Source of the DNA: a virus
Virus record (IMG/VR): IMGVR_UViG_3300047666_000603
Span: 9,239-73,238 of that record
Strand: one strand, 5' to 3'
Length of the DNA: 64,000 bases
Part shown: in pieces, positions 40,101 to 48,833 of the stretch
Layout of the letters: each line of letters opens with the position of its first letter
How positions within the stretch are numbered: the first letter of the stretch is position 1
Notes under the pieces: model-generated
What the model was told of the DNA's origin: nothing
Seen by the model: the letters and a program-made list of their open reading frames with translations, nothing else
Databases searched by the model: none
Program-made: the position numbers and the translations under genes

Positions 40101-40461
40101 CGATAAAAAGACGCAAGACGAGAAGCGTGGGAAGGTGAGGGAAGTGATAGATAAAGTAGACCCCGAAGACAAGAAAAGCTACGTAAACAGGTTTAAAGCA
40201 TACGTGAAAGGTGACGGGCTACCTTACGATTATTTTAATATTTCATTTGAGGAAGACGCGGAAATACAAGCGAGGCTATTTAGAATTAAATTCGGGCCGT
40301 ATTCACGACTAAACGCAGAAGACAAGAAAGAAATATTTGGGAACCTAAGCAAGGCAGGAATGAGTAGCCCTAAGAAAATGGTAATAAAACTCAAGAGACT
40401 AGAGCTAGAGGAGCCTGTAAAAGAGAATAGAACGTTAATTCAGAAAATGACAGGCCAATAA
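34132..40461 (+). CDS. Large internal virion/polyvalent protein with C-terminal LPD38-like domain
   Basis: 2109 aa; N-terminal 33-aa tandem repeat; Gly/Ala hydrophobic segment; TGLNPLF...NIPRD, IDFNQGG, WENVPDWEKLRYF. Confidence 0.7.
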   Translation: MEDELDVVLKDYVTTANSGKYDSWEAINEKFPELKDYDQQALKDYVSTANSGEYNSWEEINTKFPEIFESQGGADVGKPQGEMDSTQLSEESVSDGGGLTETVGASESQEPPKQKKDKYLTGVLGDMVDSMDSPMSSVGWLGMGDFIDDMARAVGSGLAQGDKSSAAKKLAENTDEETIDRFIAASETVNSIEPSDEMKNYQRIYEEEGSGFYGVIKGLAKNPSVVSEIMVSSLVAMGSNPESVEAFVEGVGTGTAGGAVVGSVVPGLGTAAGAAVGFTGSIPIAIGAATATLEYGATFAELLEEEIGADITKESVKSVLQDKDALNRMKRKAVIRGVTIGVIDALTGKLAGSVGVKIATKGTRAARVGGAATATVIEGVGGSTGEATARAAIGQEMDVSDIALEGIAEFPMAIPNLAAETARQKITVKDAAKAISPKAKYTVADEEVSRAEFMELIKGATPEEIAQMPLQVDNDLELEQQLNETFNKARITTDTKQAYPNLSESDVDKVVGLQREIDALEDNKTEAGKTKKSELRGQVKEIIAPKETQEGESRSDPKVDRLNELDEKAKSKVSQKGLIGKLEDFVLGKEERGLTEQERTEKGQLKGEVRQSAYESNPDEYNSRMDDLNRIDDDLNSNEEFINTRKRADELQYKGNEGKLSRREDKEYDAIIDKLGKFYAPHDKASAEFDAWVNETANKNAKTTKEEFKAGDTVELEVTPQKEQTNEKQQEEGGVQPQEEAKQANEEDGRQEEITTQADGKEKTEPLLEGMGDDRNQEKGGQDGSQLRPQETEVAPAKQVETLRAKEQAELLKAIPNIEEARVDGEVDRAKLSEADRKTFDKIYDKYDKLISPLLEESAPKKQKTEQEEIDNLPVVEDVPDGAVVEGEIEMKEAVVEEAATKETEIAEPTTKSIPTLKEGNEATVPLTENVEAKIKVKELPDGELAYSITIERDGQVIEDKDGNTEMEFLTKEEAATHITKKQKGFKLAKQPKTTKPVTVEQVKDTYIEGDEVEFSVFGGTEKGTILPNGRVKSKSGTNYRIGSGIGQATINENLDSAFQKGARQAIKFLDDVDKKLAKQSRETLGMNLPIAIAQSAVKVAKAAIKAGATVANAIEKAIQTVRDSDWYKNLSTKEQTQAEEDVKKLFNAPPKSVPTKAEAKKIVDGAVQQSEEALRSPTVNPLNKKGRQNIVNKLRSWFTDRQGTVKQFIRRMNLPNAEAFLINAKGASGYASKLYEGFHKSIYGGLKSDLAETLDRIIFLRRVVQIDDSRDAAGELRVKHPNNINREIAIVELENLKEELGDEKYNSLLERSDAYFDSFREVLKMSYKEGLIDEETYNKFKDNNYQPRKFIKYIFDPNVGESQKNAALQRLARENGVRQEVIKSLADGSTEEIFLDSRFLLQASINSLTKRIAQNKANRKLIDDYNKLSEEEKAEAPEMRQRKPIAKTKQGNLVYPQNPDGYSVVYYYEGGQQKSFFLQDDLYEQWYDFSSSMNSDWEKVISTISGSRLLKAMATGLNPLFIAANIPRDFGHILLFTDAYDSAKVLGVPILPINALKLARDGAKDFFGLIAGNKATTDLLSQAAEDGMLMDFLSIQGKPKGGKVARSVGGARKILRGAADMAAYLGEKSEIAFRLSVYRRQIKELSKEFKKENGSDPQGVDLENIRGRAAAKARSIIDFNQGGTVTKSAEAALPYISAATQGARVAADYMTNPKSIKDFMTKSAQAAGFVAGITLYNLSYGEEDWENVPDWEKLRYFIFLLPWKDKDGNREYLRLAKTQQAIPLFNIVEHTTESLIRESRGTDTEASYQMREDRMVESLKEFMPVNPSDVASRNPLISSAASYITNYDLYKDRPVTRDFNKVLPYYEGANDPRIEEFYKAIGRETGMSPARGKAAIEKIITSPTTNPLVGLAYAAGESIVADKDAEKQLQKFAKKTFEGVSRKFYRSTYPEWKSFKEKEIVEFYKLENATEKRRINKELKDIATGYFLDDKKTQDEKRGKVREVIDKVDPEDKKSYVNRFKAYVKGDGLPYDYFNISFEEDAEIQARLFRIKFGPYSRLNAEDKKEIFGNLSKAGMSSPKKMVIKLKRLELEEPVKENRTLIQKMTGQ
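36308..36514 (+). CDS. Two nested +1-frame basic peptides (36308-36394, 28 aa; 36407-36514, 35 aa)
   Basis: MKSNKKKVAYSPKKKPSKPTKKMGGKKK and MAKKKQNPCWKGWEMIGTKKKGGKTVPNCVPKKPK. Confidence 0.55.
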
Positions 40462-40832
40462 TGACTAAAAAATGGCTCCGAATCACCCGTAAAGTAGCAA
40501 TAAGAGATCAAGAACTCAAAGAGAACCCTTGGGGTAGTAAGATATTCTTTGAGGAGCTACGTAGAGGAGCTGTAACAGATAGGAGTGAAGTGTATATATA
40601 CCAAAGAGAGCAGAGAGCAGACGGAGCCTTATACACCCCAAGACGTGTAACAGTGAATGAATTGCTTAGTGCTGACCTAGCCGTATTAGATGAGGGCGAT
40701 AGTTTCAGCAGCTACCTCTCCACACAAGTGTTTAATGAGGGTGATAGTGCTGAGACATATACAGCAGAAGAAACATACGAAGAAGGGAATAGTGCTACAG
40801 TTTATTCTTTACAGAGCAGCTTTTCTATTTAA
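40461..40832 (+). CDS. Hypothetical protein with short EG(D/N)S repeats
   Basis: DEGDSFSSY / NEGDSAETY / EEGNSATVY. Confidence 0.6.
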   Translation: MTKKWLRITRKVAIRDQELKENPWGSKIFFEELRRGAVTDRSEVYIYQREQRADGALYTPRRVTVNELLSADLAVLDEGDSFSSYLSTQVFNEGDSAETYTAEETYEEGNSATVYSLQSSFSI

Positions 40833-40850
40833 GAAATGTTCACCCTTAGA

Positions 40851-40886
40851 CAATAACATAACAACCTACTAAGCTATTTATCTTTA
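40851..40886 (+). promoter_or_regulatory. Putative late promoter CAATAAC-N21-TATCTTTA
   Basis: Motif copy. Confidence 0.65.
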
Positions 40887-40905
40887 CACCTAAATTAAGG
40901 GGTAA

Positions 40906-42927
40906 ATGGCACAAATATTCGCTTTAAAGCGTCGCGGTGACACGGCTGCAAATTGGACATCTAACGCGACAGTTTTACTCGAACGTCAACTTGGATTTCA
41001 AACAGACGGGGGTGAAGGCTCTCGACCCTTAATGAAATTTGGTGATGGTGCAACAGCGTGGGGAAGTCTCCCGTTCATAGCGCGAAAGAACAACCTCACC
41101 GCCACGACAAGCCCCACAGTAAGCAACGACAACACCCAATATTATGAGGTGGGTTCGCTTTGGTCAAATGTAAACGCCCCTGCAAGCCCATTAGTATACA
41201 TTCTCACAAGCGCAACTACGGGAGCGGCTAATTGGCAGCAAATAAACGCGGGTGGAGGAGGAGGAAGCGCAGCATGGGGGTCAATAACAGGAACACTCTC
41301 CGCGCAAACAGACCTACAAGCAGCCCTAGACGCTAAAGTGGCTACAACAGGGAATGAAACAATAGCGGGGGTGAAAACCTTCTCGTCATTTCCTGTAACG
41401 CCAAGTTCGGCCCCCACAACAGACTACCAAGCGGCAAATAAGAAATATGTAGATGACAGTCCTAGTACCGCTGCAAACACTAGTTTAGTAGATACTGACT
41501 TAGTTGTAGCTCCCTTCACAAATGTTCAAGACTTTGCAGATGGTATTGATTCGGCTGTACTAAAGGCAAGAGGTACAGGTGTATCTAGTAGCTATGTATC
41601 TACCGTCGCAGTGGGGGGAACTACCTTTGCACAGCCAGCAGTCTCAGGAGAGATAAACAGCGATGAAGGCTATTTTTCTATTAGCTACGCGGGGGCAACA
41701 GGTATAACGGTTACGACGTTATCAGTAGATTCTACTTATATATACATAGATAACACGGGAGCTTTACAGCAACAAGTTACAGAACCAACTAGACAAGATT
41801 GGTCGCGCAAAATGTTCACAATGCGTATTGCGGTCGATGCAGTTGCTGAAACGATTATTGGCTTTGAGTATCTGAATAATCCGATTGGTCATTACTCGAA
41901 TAGTATTAGAGATTTATATACAGCTCTTCTTGCTCAGGGTGTACCGTTTAAAGTTGGTCAAACTATTACAGGTCGCGCAACTGATTTAGGCTTTAACGCT
42001 TCGGCGGGAACTATCATGGAGTTTGGAGGGACGGGCGATATTAACAACGCTAACCTTTTGGACATTGACGAGGTGACTAACGCCACTTACGACTTACTCA
42101 CAAGGACAACAATTGCGTTTGAAAACCTAACAGACCTTGTAAAGTTCTGGGATAACGCGGGAACTATTACAGCACTAGGTTCAACAACAGTAGTAGGTCA
42201 TAGGTTGTACCGTTTCAGTAACGGTCAGTTTGCCATGCAATACGGACAAGGGAACTACGCTAACATTTCTTTGGCTCGTGCGGGTGTACTGCTAGAGGAT
42301 TACGTTCTTAACCCTCGATTAGTTAACGCTACTTTTTTTGGTTGGTGGTTGATCCAAGAAACGGCAACGAATACAGGCGGGACAACTTTAACAGATTTTA
42401 GGGAGTACAATATTGGTGTGCAAGGTGGTAGTTCTAGCGTATTAGCTGGATGTTTGCTACAAGGTAACAACCTTTCCGACTTGCTTGACGCTGATGCAGC
42501 GATAGTCAACCTCGGAATAACAGCAACAGCAGCAGAAATTGACCTTGTAATTGGTGGTACAAGCGCGTTTCAAGCTCAGATTGATGCTTTATCAATACCC
42601 GACGAAGAAGATATTAGAGGGACGGCTCTGTACAGTGCCAGCGTTTCAGGAACAGTAACGCTCAACCTAACCACCTTCACGGCCTTTTACGCTATTCTAA
42701 CAGGTAACACAACTTTAGCAGTAAACAACACGCCCGCAAGTGGTAAAACATTCACTAGATCGCTTAAAATAGTATCCACGGCAACAGAATCATTGACACT
42801 ACCCGCCGCATGGAATGTCATAGGAACTTATGCAGCAGACACAACCGTAAACGATTTGCAAATTGAGTTCACCAACTTCCCGACAGTGGGTCTAGTCGTA
42901 ACTGTTTACATCAATCAATTACCATGA
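40906..42927 (+). CDS. Tail fibre/receptor-binding protein (Mtd-N/hyaluronidase-N-like start)
   Basis: RRGDTAANW...KFGDGATAWGSLP; WGSITGTLSAQTDL; ETIAGVKTFSS; NNLSDL fibre motifs. Confidence 0.82.
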   Translation: MAQIFALKRRGDTAANWTSNATVLLERQLGFQTDGGEGSRPLMKFGDGATAWGSLPFIARKNNLTATTSPTVSNDNTQYYEVGSLWSNVNAPASPLVYILTSATTGAANWQQINAGGGGGSAAWGSITGTLSAQTDLQAALDAKVATTGNETIAGVKTFSSFPVTPSSAPTTDYQAANKKYVDDSPSTAANTSLVDTDLVVAPFTNVQDFADGIDSAVLKARGTGVSSSYVSTVAVGGTTFAQPAVSGEINSDEGYFSISYAGATGITVTTLSVDSTYIYIDNTGALQQQVTEPTRQDWSRKMFTMRIAVDAVAETIIGFEYLNNPIGHYSNSIRDLYTALLAQGVPFKVGQTITGRATDLGFNASAGTIMEFGGTGDINNANLLDIDEVTNATYDLLTRTTIAFENLTDLVKFWDNAGTITALGSTTVVGHRLYRFSNGQFAMQYGQGNYANISLARAGVLLEDYVLNPRLVNATFFGWWLIQETATNTGGTTLTDFREYNIGVQGGSSSVLAGCLLQGNNLSDLLDADAAIVNLGITATAAEIDLVIGGTSAFQAQIDALSIPDEEDIRGTALYSASVSGTVTLNLTTFTAFYAILTGNTTLAVNNTPASGKTFTRSLKIVSTATESLTLPAAWNVIGTYAADTTVNDLQIEFTNFPTVGLVVTVYINQLP

Positions 42928-43499
42928 TAGCTATAACGATAACGCAACGAGATAAGTCTTTAAACGACTTGAGCAACAAGATAGGCTCTGTACTAACCAA
43001 AGGAGAACACCCTAACGTATGGTGGGGCGAAGAGCGTGTAGTAGGTGGCTATAAAAATAGAGAAGACTTACATGAGCTGGATGGGTGGTATAACGTTGTT
43101 CAGCCTGTAATAGGTGAGAATCAAAAGCGCGGTGCAATCTACTTCGATGCTGACAATGATGTTTTCACATACACAAAAATTGAACTCACAGAGCAGGAGA
43201 TAGACCAACGTTTAGAAATATCAATGCCGCGCCGAGACTTCAAAGTAGCTTTACTTAAAAATCACGAAATCACAAATACAGATGTAGATAATCTTTTTTC
43301 TATATTAATTGAAAGTGATTCTGAAATGCTTTTAGCCGTTGAGGAGATGAAAATAATGTGGTATGAAAGCGAAGTGTTTACCAATACAACACCTGAGTTA
43401 TTTCAATTCGCGGGAATGATGACCAGCGTTGCGGGTATTGAACTTTCAGAGCAAGACTTGAAACAGATATTTATTGACCATCAAAATGCAGATGTGTAA
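42924..43499 (+). CDS. Putative fibre-associated/chaperone protein
   Basis: Coupled to the fibre gene. Confidence 0.45.
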   Translation: MIAITITQRDKSLNDLSNKIGSVLTKGEHPNVWWGEERVVGGYKNREDLHELDGWYNVVQPVIGENQKRGAIYFDADNDVFTYTKIELTEQEIDQRLEISMPRRDFKVALLKNHEITNTDVDNLFSILIESDSEMLLAVEEMKIMWYESEVFTNTTPELFQFAGMMTSVAGIELSEQDLKQIFIDHQNADV

Positions 43500-44275
43500 T
43501 GAATAGAAGGATGTTAGGAAAAGGCGGTAAATGTATTACTCCATCATACTCATTTTGGACACCGGTAAACATGGTGTCAGGCTTAGAGTATTGGTTTGAT
43601 TCGGCAAACACTTGTGAAATGTCAATTGAATCTGATAATCAAAGTGTTAATACTTGGAACGACCAAAGCGGAAACGCTAGAAATGTTACCGCTTTCTCAT
43701 CGTCAGCATACCCCAAGGCAAATACCGACTCTTTAAATGGTTATAATGTTATAGATTTCACACCAAGCGGAACTGTTGCGGCAGCATTTGTAGCAAATAA
43801 CAGTGTTACAATAACTCAGTCAGATACTATTGTTGTATTTGCCGCATCGACTGGAACACAAGGCGCGTATGTAGACTCATATAGTACGCCGCAACACGTG
43901 TTTTATAATAGAGGGGAAAGATTAGCCGCTGGCGCTCTTTTAAACGCAGGAACATTAAGCGGGTTATATAGGATTCAGGGAGTAGAATTAAATGGGGTAT
44001 CTTCAAAAATATATTCAGACGCTGTTCAAGTTGCTTCTGGAAACACTGGCACAAATTCTTTGAATGGAATAACAATAGGCAGGTATAGAACAAGTGTTGG
44101 AGCATCGGTAGCGGCTGTTTTGACTGGGCAAATAGGAGATGTTATTGTTTTTTCAGGGGTAGACACATCAAAACGACAATTTTGTGAAGGATACTTATCT
44201 TGGAAGTGGGCGGGTGATGGGAGTTACCTACCAATAGGGCATCCGTATAAATCAACAGCACCATCAATACCATAA
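43499..44275 (+). CDS. LamG/ConA-like virion protein
   Basis: WFDSA, WNDQSGN, GQIGDVIVF, EGYLSWKW, LPIGHPYK. Confidence 0.75.
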   Translation: MNRRMLGKGGKCITPSYSFWTPVNMVSGLEYWFDSANTCEMSIESDNQSVNTWNDQSGNARNVTAFSSSAYPKANTDSLNGYNVIDFTPSGTVAAAFVANNSVTITQSDTIVVFAASTGTQGAYVDSYSTPQHVFYNRGERLAAGALLNAGTLSGLYRIQGVELNGVSSKIYSDAVQVASGNTGTNSLNGITIGRYRTSVGASVAAVLTGQIGDVIVFSGVDTSKRQFCEGYLSWKWAGDGSYLPIGHPYKSTAPSIP

Positions 44276-44290
44276 AACAAACCTAAAAAA

Positions 44291-45388
44291 ATGATACTAA
44301 ATACAAGAATATTTGAATTTGACAGCAGGGTCTTGGTCAACCTCCCTGAGCAAGTGACACACTTTCGAGGCTTTTCCGTTGACTTTTCAGCAACTAAAGT
44401 AGATGGCTTGTACCAATACACCGCAGACACAAAGCCTGAGGTATTCAACGATTGGCTAACCTATTGCATAACCAACGACCTCTCCGTTGTGTGGACGCTC
44501 AATATGTCAAGCTTTACCATCGAAAAAGAAATAGATTTTGTCACTCAATTAATTAGCCAAGGACTAAAGATTACTCACTTTCAAATGGGTGGTGAGTTCT
44601 GGCTTGGTAAGTATTACTTAGGTGATACAAATCAGAAGGGTGTAGTGGAGCAAGTGAGAATAGCAGACTACCTATTAATGATGGATGACTGGATTCCTTC
44701 TTTACGCTTGCATTTCCCTGATGTACAACTAATGATTCTTGGTTGTTCACACCAAAATGGAGACAACCAAACAGAGAAGTACAGAAAGCAATGGAACGAT
44801 GCCGTAATTGAATACAAGGAAGCGAACGACGCGAATGATACAATGGGCTTCACCGTTCATTATTACGCAGGGGCCAAACCTGACTTGCAGCCATCAAACG
44901 GAGAAGAGGCAATATTTCAGAACATTGACTGGTCTCCTTTTATTTCTCAATTAAGAGAGCCATTTCCCGACGTAGATATAATTATTACTGAAAGCGGATG
45001 GTATGCATCAGACAAGAGCCAAGAACAGCTTGATAAAATGGTGGAATTTTACGAGTCAGGAGTAGAGGCAATCGGAGAGAACGGAATCATGGGCCTTCAC
45101 GTTCTGAACCAACAAAAAGAAAGCTATCACAACTGGTTTGACAGAGATGGAATTACAGATGTCGGTGATAATTTCCTTGATTATTTCGATTTACAGATTG
45201 AAGAAGAGGAAGAAGTTGTTTTAGTAGGTGTTATTCCCAATAAAAAGGGGCAATGGGTCATGTGGGGAAGGCAGACGTTGATATTTTCAAATGAGCAACG
45301 ATTTAAAGTGCGTGTTCGATTTGAAACTTGGCCTTTTAGCTCCGACGATTATGGCAAAACAATTAACGAATTAAAGGAAATCAGATAA
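44291..45388 (+). CDS. Clan GH-A-like glycoside hydrolase (TIM barrel)
   Basis: VVWTLN, QMGGEFW (acid/base position), TVHYY, IIITESG (nucleophile position). Confidence 0.55.
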   Translation: MILNTRIFEFDSRVLVNLPEQVTHFRGFSVDFSATKVDGLYQYTADTKPEVFNDWLTYCITNDLSVVWTLNMSSFTIEKEIDFVTQLISQGLKITHFQMGGEFWLGKYYLGDTNQKGVVEQVRIADYLLMMDDWIPSLRLHFPDVQLMILGCSHQNGDNQTEKYRKQWNDAVIEYKEANDANDTMGFTVHYYAGAKPDLQPSNGEEAIFQNIDWSPFISQLREPFPDVDIIITESGWYASDKSQEQLDKMVEFYESGVEAIGENGIMGLHVLNQQKESYHNWFDRDGITDVGDNFLDYFDLQIEEEEEVVLVGVIPNKKGQWVMWGRQTLIFSNEQRFKVRVRFETWPFSSDDYGKTINELKEIR

Positions 45389-45391
45389 CAA

Positions 45392-45685
45392 ATGTTATAC
45401 GGTATTGGTATACATTGGCTTGAAAATTTAAACATGGACGTAACAGGTGGAGACGTGCTTCAATTAGCTATAATACTCGTGTCAATCGGGGTTGTATACG
45501 GGGTAACTAAAACAAGACAGGACGCTCAAGAAAAGCGCATGGACACGCTAGAGGCTATGATAAACACACAAATACAGGTGGATAATTCCATTAAAGATGT
45601 GCTAACGAAGTTAGAAGTAGGGCAAGCTGCAATGACGGTGGAGATAAAAAACCTAATTCATAGACTTAACGCACATGGGAAGTAA
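45392..45685 (+). CDS. Single-TM coiled-coil protein (holin/antiholin-like)
   Basis: TM LAIILVSIGVVYGV plus coiled coil, near the endolysin. Confidence 0.5.
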   Translation: MLYGIGIHWLENLNMDVTGGDVLQLAIILVSIGVVYGVTKTRQDAQEKRMDTLEAMINTQIQVDNSIKDVLTKLEVGQAAMTVEIKNLIHRLNAHGK

Positions 45686-46100
45686 ATGTCTTTTTTTCTT
45701 CTTCCTCGCGACAAATGTAGCGACAGCACAAAACACCTTCAAGGCAAACACATACACCTATGAGAAATACGAAGGTAGCTTAAATGTAAAGCTCATATTC
45801 AACGAGACGGTGAGTGTATGGAGTGTGATAGACAGCATCCACTACCTACCCCTAGTGACTGACAGTGTTTTAATATTGGAGTTTGTAGGAAGCGGAAACT
45901 ATCACAGAGATGGATATTGCGAAATACAAGCAACATTACAAGGAGAGAGGTTTTACGTATGTAAAGATAGGGTGTGTTTTTTGCTCACCATCTCCCCGCC
46001 ACTCTTTAAAAACAAGAAAACAACTCTGAAATACCTCTACAAAAACTGTGTAGTGACGTGGGATGAGGGCAATGACGAAGCAAGAATAGAATGGGAATGA
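45675..46100 (+). CDS. Secreted hypothetical protein
   Basis: Signal-peptide-like start ending ATA-Q. Confidence 0.5.
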   Translation: MGSKCLFFFFLATNVATAQNTFKANTYTYEKYEGSLNVKLIFNETVSVWSVIDSIHYLPLVTDSVLILEFVGSGNYHRDGYCEIQATLQGERFYVCKDRVCFLLTISPPLFKNKKTTLKYLYKNCVVTWDEGNDEARIEWE

Positions 46101-46423
46101 AAACACCTAAAATAGATTTTACAGGCATGGCGCGTAGCCGCTTAAAGGTTACGTTTATATTTGGAGGGTTTGGAATGGTCGGTGTTTTCTTTACAATGTT
46201 TATGATATGGAAAGCGTCAGAGGTAGGGCAGTACGATGTTGTGGCCGCATGGAGTTCGTTAGGCTCAATATATGTAGCAACTTTAGCGGTGAGTGGCTAC
46301 TACCTTTCAAGAGAGACGCAACGCCCCTCACTGCTCTCTAATACATTTGTAGGAATGGGTGATGTAGAGAAAAGAATATTAGATGGTGAAGACGAGTCAG
46401 ACCCCGAATCAATTCCTTTGTAA
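46091..46423 (+). CDS. Putative holin (2 TM)
   Basis: Two hydrophobic helices; abuts endolysin. Confidence 0.55.
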   Translation: MGMKTPKIDFTGMARSRLKVTFIFGGFGMVGVFFTMFMIWKASEVGQYDVVAAWSSLGSIYVATLAVSGYYLSRETQRPSLLSNTFVGMGDVEKRILDGEDESDPESIPL

Positions 46424-46944
46424 TGGCTAGAAATTTCGGCAGACCTATACAGCAAATAATATTACACACCACAGCTACAAGCCAAAGCGCGACAGTGGAG
46501 TCAATAAAAACATTTTGGGCTACACCTAAACGGAATAAGGTGACGGGTGAAAAGGAGCCATACATACCTAATTTGCAGGGTGGATGCGGATGGTCTACAC
46601 CAATCGGATACCATTATATTATAGGGGTGAATGGTGAGCGACATATATTAGCTCATTTATCACAAGTGGTAAATGGTGTTCGCGGCTACAATTGGAACTC
46701 ATGCCACATCAGCTACATTGGCGGCAGAAATGGTGACGATAGAACTCCCGCGCAAAAAGCAGAAACAAAAAAACTCATACAAGAACTACGTAGTGATAAA
46801 ATACTTGGGCCTATACCCGTTATTGGTCACAGAGACACGTATGGGGATGCAAACAGGGATGGTGTGATAGATAGCAGGGATTGGAAAAAAACTTGCCCTA
46901 GCTTCTCTGTGTCTGATTGGCTTGTAGAGGATGGTGTTATTTAA
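46423..46944 (+). CDS. Endolysin, N-acetylmuramoyl-L-alanine amidase (T7 lysozyme-like)
   Basis: IILHTTAT, IGYHYII, GHRD, KTCPSF Zn ligands. Confidence 0.92.
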   Translation: MARNFGRPIQQIILHTTATSQSATVESIKTFWATPKRNKVTGEKEPYIPNLQGGCGWSTPIGYHYIIGVNGERHILAHLSQVVNGVRGYNWNSCHISYIGGRNGDDRTPAQKAETKKLIQELRSDKILGPIPVIGHRDTYGDANRDGVIDSRDWKKTCPSFSVSDWLVEDGVI

Positions 46945-47183
46945 GATGTTAAGCTTTTAGCAAACCTTTTGGTTGACATTCTTTTTACATTTCCCACATC
47001 ATCTTCACAAACAAAAACCTCTCCCTTATAGTATTCTCTATACCAATTCGACTCAGGCTCCCGCTGTAAAAACATACCCCAATAAGCACATCCAAAAGTA
47101 AACGAGTTTGTTGGGTCTAGGCAGTAAAGCATAACTTTCTTCTTGAATGGGGTTCTCAATATTCCTGTAGTAATATATTTCAT
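46941..47183 (-). CDS. Hypothetical protein
   Basis: ORF; TATATTTG box at 47194-47187 just upstream. Confidence 0.5.
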   Translation of the reverse strand: MKYITTGILRTPFKKKVMLYCLDPTNSFTFGCAYWGMFLQREPESNWYREYYKGEVFVCEDDVGNVKRMSTKRFAKSLTS

Positions 47184-47211
47184 ACACAAATATAACCATT
47201 CCTTTTGTAAT

Positions 47212-47245
47212 AAAAAAGCCCCACGTTAATTAAAACGCAGGGCTT
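47212..47245 (-). terminator. Intrinsic terminator
   Basis: Minus strand agccctgcgtt..aacgtggggctttttt. Confidence 0.8.
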
Positions 47246-47266
47246 ATACAAACATAAACTAAAACA

Positions 47267-48565
47267 TTATTCCTTCACTCTAAGGCTTTCCACGTTTACC
47301 CCGAACTTATCTGCTATTTCTTGAAGCGTAAGCTCAACCACCTTCTCTTCTTTAGCGGGGAGAATGGATGCCCATTTACCCATATAGAATACAGTGCCTT
47401 GACTTTCATTTAAGAAAAACCCACTATCACGATTTAATAAAGGTGTTCCTTCCTTGTGCGTAAAGGAACAGCCTCCCGCCACAGATATATATTTCACCCC
47501 TTCCTCAAACCCTCTTCGTTTTGCTTCTGCTATTAATGCGGAGGTGATTTCTTCTTTGGTGCATTTTCTGTAATTACCATCTACTTCCCACCCTAAGTCA
47601 TTGTTATGCCATTCTCCACATCCATCAAATCCATATCCTTTAATATATCCATCCCCATCTCTTTCACCATTAAAATTAACCATTCCAGCACCACAGCCAT
47701 CCGTATACCACTCACCATTCACCAACTCAGGCTTTTTCTCTTCCACTATTTCAGCCCATTTGCCGTCTTCATATATTCTAACTCCTGAAAATCTACAGTC
47801 CTCCTCAGTTGCGCAAAGATAACTCACATCACCGTTATTAAAGAAGTCACCCGTAATTTCAGATATTTCACCATCTAAACCTGTAGCTACAACACCCTTA
47901 ACAAACCCTCTCTTCTTAGCTTCTTTTATCAAAACTTCTGTCACTTCTTGTTCGCTTGCGGGAACTAACTTAGGAACCCAATAATCATTAGCCATGCAGT
48001 AAATTGAATTATCACTTGAGTAATCCACCCAATCGCCATCTCTACCAATACCGTACCCAAGGGCTGAACCGTTCTTAGTTATTTCTGTAAGGCAAAATAT
48101 CTGACACCCACTAGTGGTTGTATATTTATACCACTTTCCCACCTCTAATTCAGGCTTCTCAAACAACTCAGGAGCTTCTTTCTCTATTCTTTCTTTCCAA
48201 GATTGACAGGCAGCCTTATGCCCATCTAACAGGAATTGCTTTTTCACTTTTACTGTATCTTTCATTTTCTTTTTTGGTTTGTATTCTTTGATTAGGTCGG
48301 CACCAGATTGACGTTCATAAGCAAAATAATTTCCATCTGAAGTGTAAACCTCATTATTCATGGAATCTATAAATTTGTACTCTGATAGGGTGCAAGAATC
48401 AACGCGTCTACCCTTCATTTCACCCGTAATATTCCCATCACGTCTTACATACCTTTTACCTTCTTCTATTTTCATTTGTTTTGATTTATTTTGTTTGTCT
48501 TGATAACGGTGCATCCAATACCATTCTGTTACACTCATTACAATATGTGTTTTTATTTTGTCCAA
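47267..48565 (-). CDS. Hypothetical protein with internal duplication
   Basis: KPELEVGKWY..EAKKRGFVKGV and KPELVNGEWY..EAKRRGFEEGV; C-terminal ELTLQEIADKFG. Confidence 0.75.
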   Translation of the reverse strand: MDKIKTHIVMSVTEWYWMHRYQDKQNKSKQMKIEEGKRYVRRDGNITGEMKGRRVDSCTLSEYKFIDSMNNEVYTSDGNYFAYERQSGADLIKEYKPKKKMKDTVKVKKQFLLDGHKAACQSWKERIEKEAPELFEKPELEVGKWYKYTTTSGCQIFCLTEITKNGSALGYGIGRDGDWVDYSSDNSIYCMANDYWVPKLVPASEQEVTEVLIKEAKKRGFVKGVVATGLDGEISEITGDFFNNGDVSYLCATEEDCRFSGVRIYEDGKWAEIVEEKKPELVNGEWYTDGCGAGMVNFNGERDGDGYIKGYGFDGCGEWHNNDLGWEVDGNYRKCTKEEITSALIAEAKRRGFEEGVKYISVAGGCSFTHKEGTPLLNRDSGFFLNESQGTVFYMGKWASILPAKEEKVVELTLQEIADKFGVNVESLRVKE

Positions 48566-48828
48566 CTAGATTTGTTTTCAAGCATTCTTAGAACGGCGGG
48601 GAATAGGTGTTGTAATTGATTTACACTCACGCCGTTCTTTTCAGCTAAATCAGCCATGCAATTAGCTAAAGTAGCCTCAGATTCCTCGCCATCTTCAAAT
48701 AACCAGTTCTTCACGTATTTATGAGCGGGGTATATTTCCCTCACTCCTTTGTTATACTTAAATTTCAATACATCTTCCATTACAATAACGTTTAATTTGT
48801 TTGTGAGCCGTAAATTTACGAAATACAT
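48553..48828 (-). CDS. Hypothetical protein
   Basis: ORF track. Confidence 0.5.
   Translation of the reverse strand: MYFVNLRLTNKLNVIVMEDVLKFKYNKGVREIYPAHKYVKNWLFEDGEESEATLANCMADLAEKNGVSVNQLQHLFPAVLRMLENKSSWTK
48783..48818 (+). promoter_or_regulatory. Putative late promoter CAATAAC-N21-TAAATTTA
   Basis: Motif copy ahead of the isolated + strand gene pair. Confidence 0.65.
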
Positions 48829-48833
48829 TTGTA

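Noticed and set aside
48480-48830. Possible further cassette sites around ORF 48553-48828
   Set aside because: No paired arms or complementary cores could be traced.
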